The notes beneath the pieces are model-generated. The model was not told where the DNA came from. It worked only from the letters and a program-made list of their open reading frames with translations, and did not search any database. A stretch of 64,000 nt of DNA from Cycas panzhihuaensis (Eukaryota; Plantae; Cycadophyta): the NCBI GenBank assembly GCA_023213395.1, contig CM041465.1, positions 1,364,001 to 1,428,000 on the forward strand, given 5' to 3'. Positions within the stretch are counted from its first letter, which is position 1. Each line of letters begins with the position of its first letter. Positions 45,830-59,000 of the stretch are shown here, in pieces. The position numbers and the translations under genes were made by a program.

Positions 45830-46176
45830 CCCACTAGTCTCTTATTTTTTTCTTATTGTAATTATCCCATATGTATGAGTTAAGCAGGATAAGTAACTCT
45901 AATAGTCTTATATATATGTAGCTCCACTCTTATTCTTATTGTAATTATCTTGCATGCATGAGTTAAACATGATAAGTAACTCCAATAGTTTTATATATAT
46001 GTAGTTCCACTATTGTAATAGGCATTAGAGAATATTGTGACATTATATAATTGGGAGGTTACCCCTTGAAGAGGCCCATTACTATAAGTTCTCTTTTGTA
46101 ATTAATAAAGTTTCTTAAGATTTCCTTATAAATTATATTCTTGTTAATTGTTAGGATTATGGCAAGGTTACTTACA
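40032..46176 (+). mobile_element. Full-length decayed Ty3/gypsy chromovirus-type element A2, nested in the 3' LTR of B
   Basis: LTRs 40032 to about 40383 and 45723-46176. Perfect TSD agcca at 40027-40031 and 46177-46181. gag ATG 41259; RT ORF 43071-43487 ([25 protein letters not shown]); chromodomain remnant EYLIKWKH about 45600; PPT aagagaggga 45711-45720. Confidence 0.96.
45788..45827. repeat. (CT)n tract in the A2 3' LTR
   Basis: Direct reading; longer than the equivalent tract in the 5' LTR. Confidence 0.9.
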
Positions 46177-47094
46177 AGCCACTAATGAAATATAAGGTCA
46201 ATTGACCTGCCAATAGGATTATAAGGAAAAGGCCCTCTTTTGTCTATTTAAGGGCCACAAATTATAAAAGAAGTGTTATTCTGTAATCATTTCCTCTTGA
46301 GAGATTAATATTTTGATACTTATTAGTTTACTTTGGGGTTTATCAGTGCTCTTTCGTGATCTTTAATTTTATGATTGATTTTTATTAATAGTATAAGCAT
46401 TGTATTTTTCTATTTATTTTTTCATTATCCTTTATGTGTGTGAGCAAAGTAGGGTAGTCATATCTCATATGATGAACGTGTTGATAATAAACTAGGTGTT
46501 AGGGAACTAAGTGATAATGAGCCTAGTAGAGAAAAGCCTAATGGTATGGGTCTTGGTTACAAAGAACCTCATGGTGGTAAACTTGGTGGTGATAGTATTG
46601 GTAGTGATGAGCTTATTAATGATGGTTCAAGTGGTAGTGCTAGAACACCTTCTTACCTAATAAACTATGGCTTTTATACCAAGCTAAGTAATAAATCTTA
46701 TAGTATAGTTAACTCTAACAACTATCATAAATTACTATCCTTTATTGATGATTTTATAATACTTGTACCTCCTATAATCATGGATTGCCAAATCTCATCA
46801 AATCCCCATACTGATAATAATTGATTTGGTTATACCTTGTACACCTTAATAATTCCCTTTTAGACTTACTTAGGCATGAAGCCTTTATGACTTAATAAAT
46901 GACATGCCTCAATATTGTTTTTGCGTGATTCACCTTCTAATTATTCCTCTGTGACATTGATCTAAAGCTAGGATTTTGGGTCTTGTTATAAGACCCACTT
47001 CTTTGATTAAGGTAGGTGACATTGGTAAGTTTTTTATACCCATCCCTTTTGAATTCTTAACATTACATTCCTTAATTTCCTTTAATAAAGCTAC

Positions 47095-50000
47095 TGTAAT
47101 GTATCTCCTACAATAAAGAACTCCAAAGAGAGAAATAAGAGAAATATTAAACACTAAAGAGAGCCAAAAGAGATAATTTAATCACCAAAGAGAATCGAAG
47201 TTCTTTTTTCTTAAGTAATATGATCCAAGAATGAATTACAATAAGAACTTGAGAGGGTATATATAGTACTTCAACTACTAAAGCTTACTTTTATTCTAAG
47301 CACTTAGTAAATAAGTGAGCACAACTACTTGTTAAATGCATGTGCAATACAAAAGTGCAACAACTTGCTAAATACATGTGTAATACACTTACTAAATAAG
47401 TGAGTACAATTATTTAGGTGCTTACTAAATAAGTAAGTACTTTATAATATTCATAAGATCACATAACCCTTTGACAGATTCCACATGCTAATACTTCCTT
47501 CCACTTATGGAGGTGCGATTATGTTACAAGTCCCCCCCCCCCACTCTAAGACGATGAGTCCTCGAAGCATTGTAAATGGGGATGTTGCTTGACAAATTCA
47601 TTAGATTCCCAAGTTACTTCATCTACATCACAACCTACCCACTATACCAAATGCTTAAAAATGTTGTGATTCTGAAGGTGGCATTGACGACTGGCAAGGA
47701 TCCGATTTGGTGGAATTGTGAGACTTTGTTCATTATGGAGAATGGGGAGGGTAGTGAGGGGTATAATATTTTTGCCCAGACACTTTTTAAGGTATGAGAC
47801 ATGGAAGATATTATGGATATTAGTGTCTAGGGGAAGTTCAAGGGCATATGCAACTTCGCCAATCTTTTTTATGACTTTATACAGACCATAATAATGGGGA
47901 CTTAGTTTGTGGCCTCGATGGACTTTTAGGGATTATTGTTTGTATGGTTGAAGATAGAGGAAGATGAGATCTCCAATGTCAAATGACTGATCAGATTAGT
48001 GGCAGACAACGAGTTACTTCATATGATTTCTTGCATTGGCTATGTTTTGCTTAAGGATATGAAGGATTTGGTACATGTTTTAAAGCTTTTATTGGGCAGA
48101 GGTATTCCAAAAATCAATCACTAAAGTATGGTATGAAGGGGGATGATAGCTATATAATGCCAAAAATGGGGACATGCTAATGGCTAAATGGTGTGATGAA
48201 TTATACCAATACTCTACCAAGGATAACCAGGATTTCTATTTAGCTTGGTGGTCAGAGGCAAAACAATGTAGGTATGTGGTATTTTATTCGAGGCCTTTGA
48301 TTGACCGTCTATTTGTGGATGGTAGGTGGTACTCATATTAAATAAAGTTCCCACGGCCTTAAATAACTCTTGCCAAAAGGAGCTAGTGAATTTGAGGTCC
48401 CTATCACAAATGATAGTTGAAGGGAATCCATAAAGGTGGAAAATGAATTGGACATAAATGTCAGCCAAACGGGATGATTTATAAGATGTGTGTACTGGAA
48501 TAAAATGAGAATATTTGGTTAGTCTATCGACGACTACCTGAATTGAGTCAAACCTAGTTGATGTAGGTAAGCCAATAATAAAATCCATAGTAATGTCTTG
48601 CCATTTTCCTTGAGGGATATGTAATGGATGGAATAGTCTCGGTAAAGCATTGTTATCCACCTTATGTCATTGACAAGTATCACATTCTAACACAAAGGTA
48701 AAGATAGTATGTTTCATATGGGGCCAAAAGAAGTTAGCATGAATATGATGATAAGTCTTATTAAATCCTGAATGACCCCCTAAAGGAGTGGAGTGATGCT
48801 ATTAGAATGTGTGAAATGAAAGATGAGGAAGGGTGGACAAAGATATGATTATGAAATAACATATGGTTTGAGTGTGTTGACCATCCATTCTAGTTTAAAG
48901 CTTTTTCTTTCCAAAGGAAGTAGTTAGGTTGTGCCTAGTTTTTAGCATGTAATTCATCAACCCAGATGGGTTGGGGCTTGGATATAACATGGATGTTAGG
49001 GTTGGTGTCATTAGGATTGGGAGAAATGCAAGAAAGGGCATCTATAACGACATTGTCTTTGCCTTTCTTATAAGATATCATAAAGTGAAAAATTTGAAGG
49101 TGCTCAATCCATTTGGCTTATTCTACTAAGAGGATTGGTTGATCCATCAGATTATGGAGACTACGGTGGTTAGTAAGGATTGTGAATTTTTACCCTAAAA
49201 GATATTGACGCTACTTGTCCATAGCATATAGGATTGCTCACATTTCCTTTTGGTAAGTTGATAGTCAAAGTTCATGGTCTTTTAGTTTTTGACTTTCAAA
49301 AGCAATGGGGTGATATTCTTGTATAAGAACAATGCCTATGCCAAATCCAGGAGCATCATATTTAAGCTAGAAAGATTGGGTGAAATTAGGAGTGGCCAAC
49401 ACTGGGGTAGAGGTCATCACTAGCTTAAGGTAGGAAAAGGCAGCTTCAACCTCTGAAGACCATTGAAAGGAGTTTTTGCGAAGCAAATTCGTTAATGGGG
49501 TTACTATTGCGGCATGGTTACGAACAAAACGACGATAGAACCCTGTAAGACCAAGGAATGCTCACAGTTGTGTGAGATTTGTTAGTGTCGAACAAGTAGT
49601 GATGACTAATATTTTATCAAGGTCCACACGTATTCCTTTGTAAGAAATGATGTGGCCCAAGTATTGGAGTTCCATTTTTCTAAATTCACACTTAGAAAGT
49701 TTGGCATATAATTGGTGTTGATGTAGAATTTAGAGGACTATTTCTAGATGATGAATGTGGTGGTTGAAGAAGATGATGATAAAATTTTGAAGGTAAGGAT
49801 TAAAAATTTTATTCATGAGCACTTGGAAGGTGGTTGGAGCAGTGTAGGGGCCAAAAGGCATCACTCGAAACTCAAAATAGCCATGGTGGGTTCGAAAAGT
49901 TATCTTATTACAATCTTCTGGGGCTATCGGGATCTGGTAATATCCTAATTGTAAGTCTAGTTTAGAGAAGATCGATGCTCTATGGATCTCGTTAAGCATA

Positions 50001-53000
50001 TCATCAATTCGTGGAGTGGGAAACTTATTCTTGATAGTAATCTTGTTAAGCTCTCTGTAATCCACAGAAAGGCAAAAAGAGCCTTTTTTTTTTCTAACTA
50101 AGACAATTAGTGCTGCATATGGACTTTTGTTAGGCTAAATTATTCTCATATCCATTAGTTCAGTCATGATTTTCTCAATTTTATTTTTCTGGAAGTAGGA
50201 ATTTCTATATGGATGTAAGCTAATTGGGCCATGGTTAGATTTCAGTTCAATCGTATGGTAAAACCCACGGTCAGGTGGGGTTGTGGAAGTGAGAGGAGCA
50301 AATACTTGCTCATACTTTGTAATAACATCCTAGATATGTGGGTGGATTAGGAGATCAATTTGGATGTTATTTAGGCGAATTATATAGCCTAGGTTGGTTT
50401 GGAGATGTCTTTTCATGTGGCTAGGTGAGACAAGTTGGTTTGGAGGAATTGAATACCATAGAGTTTGTGTGTTTTTCCCATATGATCTTTAAACATTATG
50501 AATGGATTAGAGGATGAGTTATTTGTACTATAAGTTCCTAAAGTTTGTAACCATTGGATCCCCAATATAGCATCAGATCCTCCTATAGATAATGCATGAA
50601 AATCAAAGGTTAGGAGGTATGAGCCAATTTGGACATGTAGGTTTTTTATGATACCTACACAATGGAGTTTATGATACCCTGGCAGAGAGCAAATGAAGCT
50701 AGTCTTGGGGACAATATATAGGTTTAGTTGCCTAACTAATGAGATATCGATAAAGTTCAAAGACACACCACCATCGATCAGGATTAACATTAGAGTCTTT
50801 TGAAGAATGCCTCTAACTCATAAGGGTTCAAGACAAGCAGTAGAAGTTACAACTGATAGGGATACTTTAGGTTGGGAGTCAGGATTGGGGTCTACTTGGA
50901 TTCCTTCATCAACCTCTTCATCAGAATCAGAGTCAAATGGGTCATCTATGGGGTCAATAGATTCCTACCTCTACTCATTGTTGTGCTTTAGCTTGCGAGA
51001 TTTGGATTTTTTTCATTAAGGGTCCCTCTGTTTGTTAACCTACTAGAGGATGAGATATGTCATCCAGTCGAGGTCAGGAACGTTGAAAGTTTGTTTGAGG
51101 GTGAGCTATATCATCAAACCAAGGATAGGACTACTAAAAGTGTATCTATCGATATCAAGAGGACCATGGGATGTCTCTTTGGGTGTACACAGATCTTTCA
51201 GTTACAAACTCTACCTCTACTGCTTTTGCTATTCTGATAGCTTCCTTGAGAGAAGGTAAGGATAATGTCTTGAGATGCATCTGAATATGGTCCTAGAGCC
51301 CTGCTACATAAGTGTCAATCAATGTTTTCTTATTCAAATTTTAACCTTATGAACATCGATTAAATAATTCTTGGAATTCATCTGTAAATGACTCTACAGA
51401 TGATGATTGCTTAAGCCTAGTCAGTTGAGTGAAGAATGACTAACTCCATGTATCATCATACTACTCAAAAAAATAATTTATGAAGTGTTGCCATGTTTGG
51501 GTTAAAGAGTACTCTTTTTTTCCACTAATTAAACTAGTGATGTGCTTTCCCATCTAAATGGATAGAGGCATACAATAGTTGATCCTTTTCAGTTATTAGA
51601 TTGAGGGTGAAGTAGGATTCTAATTTACTTATCCAACTGCAAGTGCTTTCCCTATTCAGATTAGGATTAAAAGTTGAAATATTGATTTTATGGTGAAATG
51701 ATTATTGTTGGCGCAGGGGTGGCAGTGGTGGTGGTGATACAAGACCTGCTTGATTAGAGGAAAGTTGTGTTGTAATTTGTACCATCTGATTTTGATTTGA
51801 AGTGATTTATGTTGTTATTTATACCATCTAGGACATAATAGAAGCCATGTCAAATTTTGATACTAAATTTAACATGTCAGCTTTTACCTCTTGTACCTCT
51901 GTCTTAACTTCTTGTTGTAATGTAATGAATTGATTCTACAAAAGTAAGATTTGATTGCCTTAAGTTGGAGCCATAATGATTGTAGAAAGTGTTTAAAGAA
52001 GAGGGGACTAGTTAGAAGAAAGGAATTTATAAAGAAGGATGAGTAATATAGAATGGGAGTTCTAAGAAATTGGGATGAAAAGATGAGAGGGAAAATGGGG
52101 GGGGGAATGAGGTGTCTATAGATAGTTGGCTCTAAAAATTTTGCTCTCTCTCTCTCTCTCTCTTTTTTTTTTTTAAGGATAAATAAAGGTCTATTTTTTT
52201 AAACAAATAGAAGCTTTTTTCTTTTTTTTTAGAATAAAATAAAAGTTTTTTTTAAGGGGGGACACATAAAAGCTTCTTTTTATATATATATAATTATTTA
52301 TTTCATTCTATACTAGTACTAGTTTTCTTACTGCGAGCATTTAGAGCACCCATGTAATGTTGATCGGAACAGGTAGCGGGCCTCGATAGAAGGATTCCTA
52401 AGGGATTATGGTCAATCTCATTGGCCACAAATGATGTCTAAGTGAGTACTACTCTCTTAGAATCATAGTAATTACTTCTTAAAAGAAATTGTGACAATGT
52501 TAATGTCACATGGTCATTTCATAAAGTTGAATTAGATAAAGTCACTTTTATGTTTATAACTTTAGGATAAGGTGACTATGCTTAAGTCACTTAAGTGAAA
52601 TGACATAAAGTTCATTTCATTGTAATCTCATATGAATGTCATTGGGAGGGAAAACTCAAATTCCAAACCCTAATGAGCATTCTCATTAGATAAGCTAAAA
52701 TTACATGGAGAATGATCATATTCTATACTTCTCCTCTTTGAACTCAAGTTATTAGCATTTCTCTTGTTGAGTACATTGTGTATATCTCTACTATTTTCTA
52801 TTGTGTAGTGTTAGTACACTAAATCTTTAGATCCATTTCCTCAACAAGTGGTATCAAAGCCATTAGGAGGATCCTAGTGCTACACTCACTTACAAGGAGA
52901 TTACAAGCTATTTTCTCCTTTTCTTCACCATTCATGTGAAGTGAAGAGTTAAGATATTTTTTAAACCTATTTTTAAAGCTATTTTAGGAGATTTTTAGTA

Positions 53001-56000
53001 CAAATTTGTATGCTCTTGTACTATTTTATTTCTATAGATTAGAAGAAGAAGTGTAGCTACCTAAAAGTAGCCTATTTGCAGGCCTAAAAGAGCACAGGAA
53101 TTACTTATCTTATAATAATTTTCAACCATCTTTTAAAGCCTAAAATCTAGTATGTTTAGCCTATTTTTGGCTCATTTTTATAGTGAAAGTCATATTCAAA
53201 GGTTGTAGAAGAAGAAATCGGTGATTTTCACTTATCAGAAGCAGATTTTGAAGTATAAAATCAAATCGTATGGACATTGTACGAACTATACGAAATTTTG
53301 TACAACAATACAATAAAAAAAATCAAAGTGCTTAGAATTAGATAAAATTTCACCAGTAGGTGCATTTTAACCTTCTAAGCACTTTTGTCTACTAGAGTGA
53401 GGTGAGATTTTGAGGTTAAAATGGTTTAACAACCTATTTTATGTGGCCACCCTCTAAATTTAAAAATCTCAGATCTAAAAAAATTTGAGTTTTTTTCTAC
53501 TGTAATACATGTTTTCAGATTTCCTCGTCCTGGTTTATCATTTGGGACAGGTATCGCATGAATCTGACACTCTGTTGAAAAGTTATGAGCAATTTTGGGT
53601 TTTCTAGTACAATTTAGTTGCGAGTTAAAATTGGCTTTTTTGCTTATTTTTTATAAGATTTTTTTTTTAATTTTTATATATTTATAAAGTACAAGTGAAG
53701 GGTAACAAATCTTAAATTTTTTTATTTTTTCTTTTTTTTTTGAAATTTGTGCCATATAGTAGTACAACAAATGGTACAGTCTACCCAACAACAGACTTGA
53801 CTTGCTAAAAATTTAATTTTTCAGCGTACATTGTATTTAAATTTTTTTTTTTTTTTTTCCTTCATTTAAAAACAAAAAAATTGCATGTAAGAGGGGTTTT
53901 TTTAAGACATTTATAGCCTTTTTGGCTTTTAGAGGCCTATTTTGGCCTTTTTGTAAAACAAACAAAGCACTTAAATCCTTTGTACTAGCCAATCATCTAG
54001 ATCAGAACAATATTCAACGATTTGGTTCATCATATATGTATGATTTTAATGATTGCATGCACTTGGAGACCTCATTAAGTGTCATTTGGGCACTAGGTAG
54101 ACACGCTATCACTACACTTGGACATGGCAACAACACTTAAGTAGATCATTTACATTCAGTTTTTAGTTATTTTTACATGTCATTTGAGAACAAGAGCACT
54201 TTCCTTAAAATCAACTCATCTTGATGACTTTATATCGCCAATTCTTGACTTGTGCACATACTCGACTTGGTTGAAATAGACCAAGGGTGGCTGAAGTCTG
54301 GGCCCTAAGGGAGATGTGAGTTTCATATTGGGTTTCGTCATAACCAGTATAAGTGGAAGGACAAGTTAGCCATATCTACAGCCTCCAATCAGGGATTATC
54401 TTGATAACCACCTAAGAAAATTAAAAACCCTTAATCAAGATAACTAATTTAGTTGGGCCAATATCCGTCATAGCCATGGGACATGCATGTACTTCTCTTC
54501 GGAGAGTATATCGCTGCTCATTGGTGAACGAGATGAGGATTGGAAGTACCTAAGCTCCATATTTACTTGCATTTCATCACTAAGGAATGGTGCAGGTATC
54601 ACAGGTGAAGGCCATTAATTACATATATTAGAAGCCTCCTAAGCATCGACACCTCACATACTTTGGACACAAGTTAGAGGTTTGGGTTTGTTACACATCC
54701 TACATCACTTTGGTTATTAGTTGTGTGCACCCATATGCCGACTTTTATATAGGCGTTCTCACTTATCTTGATTAGATCATTTACACCACATACTTATTTG
54801 TGATCTCTTTACTTCCACATCTTATATTGTATTATTTCATTATTCCCTATTGCATCAGGTAGACCTGTCATAAGTGTCAACGACTCCACCTTCTTTTACT
54901 TAGTACATTTTCATACACATTTATATATATCACTCTTATTTATCTTTTCATACCATCATGTCGACCAACTTCAAGTAGAATATGAACTGTACGCTAAAGG
55001 GGAAGGAGAATTGGGATCTATGGTTCACGGGAGTCAAGAACATAGCTAAGTATAAGGGACTCTAGCTGGACCACTTGGAGTCAACCCCAATAGTACCTAC
55101 TATCGACACCATACCACAGAGTAGTGGCACACCTCTAACTCCTCCACTTAATAATCCGTAATGACTACAATGGATCATTGAAGACTAGAAGATCAGAGCA
55201 GGGATCCTACTAGTTAGAGATTACTCCTTACATAACCTGATCAATGACACGTAATAGGACACTACCTTTAAGGTCCTCAAAGTCCTCAAAAGAAACTTCA
55301 ATACTTAATCAGACTTAGAGTTTGTTCATATGGTATTGAAGATGAACAAGATACGAATGCAGAAAGAGTGAGCACATGAAATCATCAATGCTCTTCAACC
55401 CATTAAACATGCCATTGACAGGGATTTTAAGACCCAATGCATATCTTGGGCCTTCCTAATTCAGTCAAGTCTGCATGTTCCTAATTATAAGAACTTGTTA
55501 GGAAATCTTCAGTCATCTGGCACATTGAAGATCCTCAACTTCGAAGCTTTAGACGAGAAGTTTATTGAACATGACAAGACCTTCCCTACCAGTTTCCCAC
55601 TTTCATATTCACTTCCTAATGGAGCCTTTGAAGCTGACATGGATGAGGAAGTATACTACACCAAACAATAAGGTCAATCTTCATGCGAAAGAAGAAGATG
55701 TCATGGAAGAGGTAGGGGATAGCAACAAAGACAATAGTAGAGGCAACCACAAGGTTAGTAGTAAAACAACAATCAAAATACTGTCAATTAGAGATAATCA
55801 AACAACAATGCTCCCAAATGTCAAAGGTGTAACAAGAAAGGACACCTTGCAAAAGATTGTCGCATTGACTATAACGAATTACCTCGTCATCAATAACAAT
55901 AGCATCAAGCCCACAATATTGATAAGAGTCATGATGACTTATTTGCAGGAGTAAATCTTATTAAGGCACATATTCAATAAAGTAGGGAAGTATCCGCTTT

Positions 56001-59000
56001 ATTTGTTGCTTCTAGACCTAAGAGGTACATTGAGGAACACTATGGCACAACCATTTGTCAGCTTGATTTGCCACTACCTTCACCTCTTGGACAGGTAAAT
56101 GTTGCATCAACACCATCATCAGACTGGGTTATGGACACAGGAGCTATCCAGCATGTGACTTGTCACCGGGACTTCTTTTAGGATTTTGATTCAAAGGTCA
56201 TTAGAGTAGTACACATGGACGATAAGTTGACACAACCTGTTCAAGGCATGGGCTCCACACGCCTGAAGCTCCCAAGCCTACCCAATTTTACTTAAAAAGA
56301 TATCTTGTATATTCCCCATCTCAAATAAAACCTTATATCATTATCCATACTTGTCTCCGGTGGATTTGACCTGAGTGTCATAGCTAATGACTAAGTTCTT
56401 AATGTTATTCACCCGCCTTCATGTTCTGTGATGGTGACTGGGAAACTTGAATGTAAGCTATTTAGACTGATTGGAACCATGTTGTCTTCTTTTGCATACC
56501 AAGTTGCTGCCCCTATCTATGTCAAAGAAGAACTTGCATATAATGTCACCTTAACTCATTCCAAGTTGTCCCTAGAAGCTCTCTAGCATGCTTGCATGGG
56601 GCACGTCAAACTTGATAAACTTAAGGAAATCTCCCATTCCACTCCAGGTCTGCCCATATGTTCCTCTAAGCCATTCAAATATGAAGCTTGTATTATTTCC
56701 AAATCCCACTGATAACCATTCCTCCAGAGTCAATGGAAAACCAGTCAGCCTCTTGAATTAGTACATTTAGAAATATGTGGGCCTATGCTTATCCCTTCTC
56801 TCATAGGGAAGAGGTATTATATTATATTTATTGATGACTTCACTTGAAAGGTATGGGTGACCTTTCTCAAATCAAAAGATGAAGCATTCACAATATTCAA
56901 GGCATTCAAGACTCTTACAAAGAAGGAATCTGGATATTAACTAAACTGTCTTAGGACTGATAATGGTGGCAAATACACTTCAAATGAATTCAAAGACTTC
57001 TTACATCACCAGGGGATCAAGCATCAAACAACTATTATAGGTATCCCTTAGCAGAATGGAGTTGTTAAAAGAGCTAACAGAACCATAATAAATATGGCAC
57101 AAGCTATGCTTATTTTCAAGAATGTACCTGCATATCTTTGGGTTGAAGCTATTTATACTATAGTCTACTGCATGAACAACATAAGTCCATTGAAGCTCAG
57201 CCCATCTCTAAATGAACGATAGACTGGACGGACCCCCACCGTCCATCACTTCAAAATTTTCAGCTCTACTTATTATGCTCACATTCTTGATGAGCATAGA
57301 AATAAGCTCCAGATGCGAGCTTTAAAGGGCATCTTTGTTAGATACCCCATAAATAAGAAAAGGGTACAAGATTTTCATTCCAATATTAAAGAAGATCATT
57401 ATCACTAGGGATGTGGTGTTTGCAGAGATAGAGGATCAACTACTTCAACTTGATTCTAAAGCACCATCTCATAGATGCAACGATGTCTAAGAATATGATG
57501 TACTGATTCCAATATTTGGGGGGGAAGACACTGAAGAAATACTTAAAATTTTAGAATCTGATAATAGAGCCCTAGAGGACACTATCCTTGACTTAGATCC
57601 TATGCCAATATGTACCAATCCAATGCCATCTTGGAAGAATAGCCAGGAATCACCACGTTAAGCATCAAAAGGAAAATGAGCTATAGAAGAACCACCTTGA
57701 CCACCTTTAGTTGCAGGGCCGTCTTCTCCAACAATGTCACCGACCTCCAAACCATACATCTCCTATGATCCTTTTTAAGATCAAAATGAAGACCAGGATG
57801 TTGTGGAAATGAGAACGTCATTCCCAACCAAAGGTTTTCGAGAAGCCTACTAGTTGTACAAAGACTTGAGATCTGATGAGGTAGGCAAAACTAGTACTCA
57901 AAGTGGGGCCTACAGAGCAAGGGAGAAAACATCACTTCCCATAGAGCTTGAACCAGCTAAATTGCACCTTACTTCAAATGACGAGCCTTTATCATACCAA
58001 GAAGTTATGAAACACAAAGTTTAGAGAAATGGCAAGAATGAGAAATACCAATCCTTGATCAAGAACAATATATGGGAGCTCGTTGATTTATCTTTGGGAA
58101 GAAAGGTAGTCAAAAATAAATAAGTGTTAAAAAATAAATACAGATTAGATGGTACCCTTGAAAAACACAAGGCAAGGTTGGTCACAAAAGGATTCACCCA
58201 AAGGGAAGGCATCAACTACACAAAGGTCTTCACGCCAACTACTAAATGGCCCATAATTAGAGCACTTGTGACCTTGGCTACTCAACAGGGTTGGAAAATT
58301 CACTAACTCGATATGAAAACTATTTTTCTCAATGGATATTTGGAAGAAGAAATCTACATGACATAGCTTGAAGGCTTTGAGATAGCAGGACAAGAGTAGA
58401 AAGTGTGTAGACTAAAAAGGTCGTTATATGGCCTAAAACAAGCCCCTCACGCTTGGTTCACCAAGTTGTCCAACAAAATGAGACAACTTGGTTATGAGGT
58501 ATGCGACTATCAAGACGTTAATGCAACTTTGTTCATTAAGAGAGAAAAAGGCAAAGTCAGATATCTCATGATCTTTATGGACGATATGTTGATAACTAGA
58601 AACAGTGAGCAGGATATCGGTAAATTAAAGATGGACTTGTCAAAATCCTTCAAACTGTCTGACCTTAGACTAATGAGATATTACTTGGGAATTGAGGTAA
58701 CTCAATGCAATGGAAAAATCTTTCTCTCCCAAGAAAAATATATCGACGATCTTCTAATCAAGTTCTAATTAGAAGATTCCAAAATAATGTCTACTCCAAT
58801 GGAGCCCAATGTCAAACTTTTCGATGAAGACACTCGAGACGCAGACATAACCCTCTATCAGCAACTTGTAGGTAGTCTCATTTATGTTACCAATACAAGG
58901 CCAGATATTACCCATGCCATTGGCATTCTTACCCATCACATGACAACTCCAAAGCAAAACCATTGGCAAGTAGCAATACGAGTGTTGAAGTACCTAAAGA

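Larger units (their letters stand above)
33533..46467 (+). mobile_element. Full-length decayed Ty3/gypsy chromovirus-type element B; 3' LTR interrupted by A2
   Basis: 5' LTR 33533-33927; degenerate PBS tagtatcaaagc 33930-33941. gag-pol about 35492-39900 ([15 protein letters not shown], integrase, EYLV*W..TWE-like end). PPT ggaggaggggac 39909-39920. 3' LTR 39922-40031 plus 46182-46467. TSD gatga/tatga. Confidence 0.93.
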
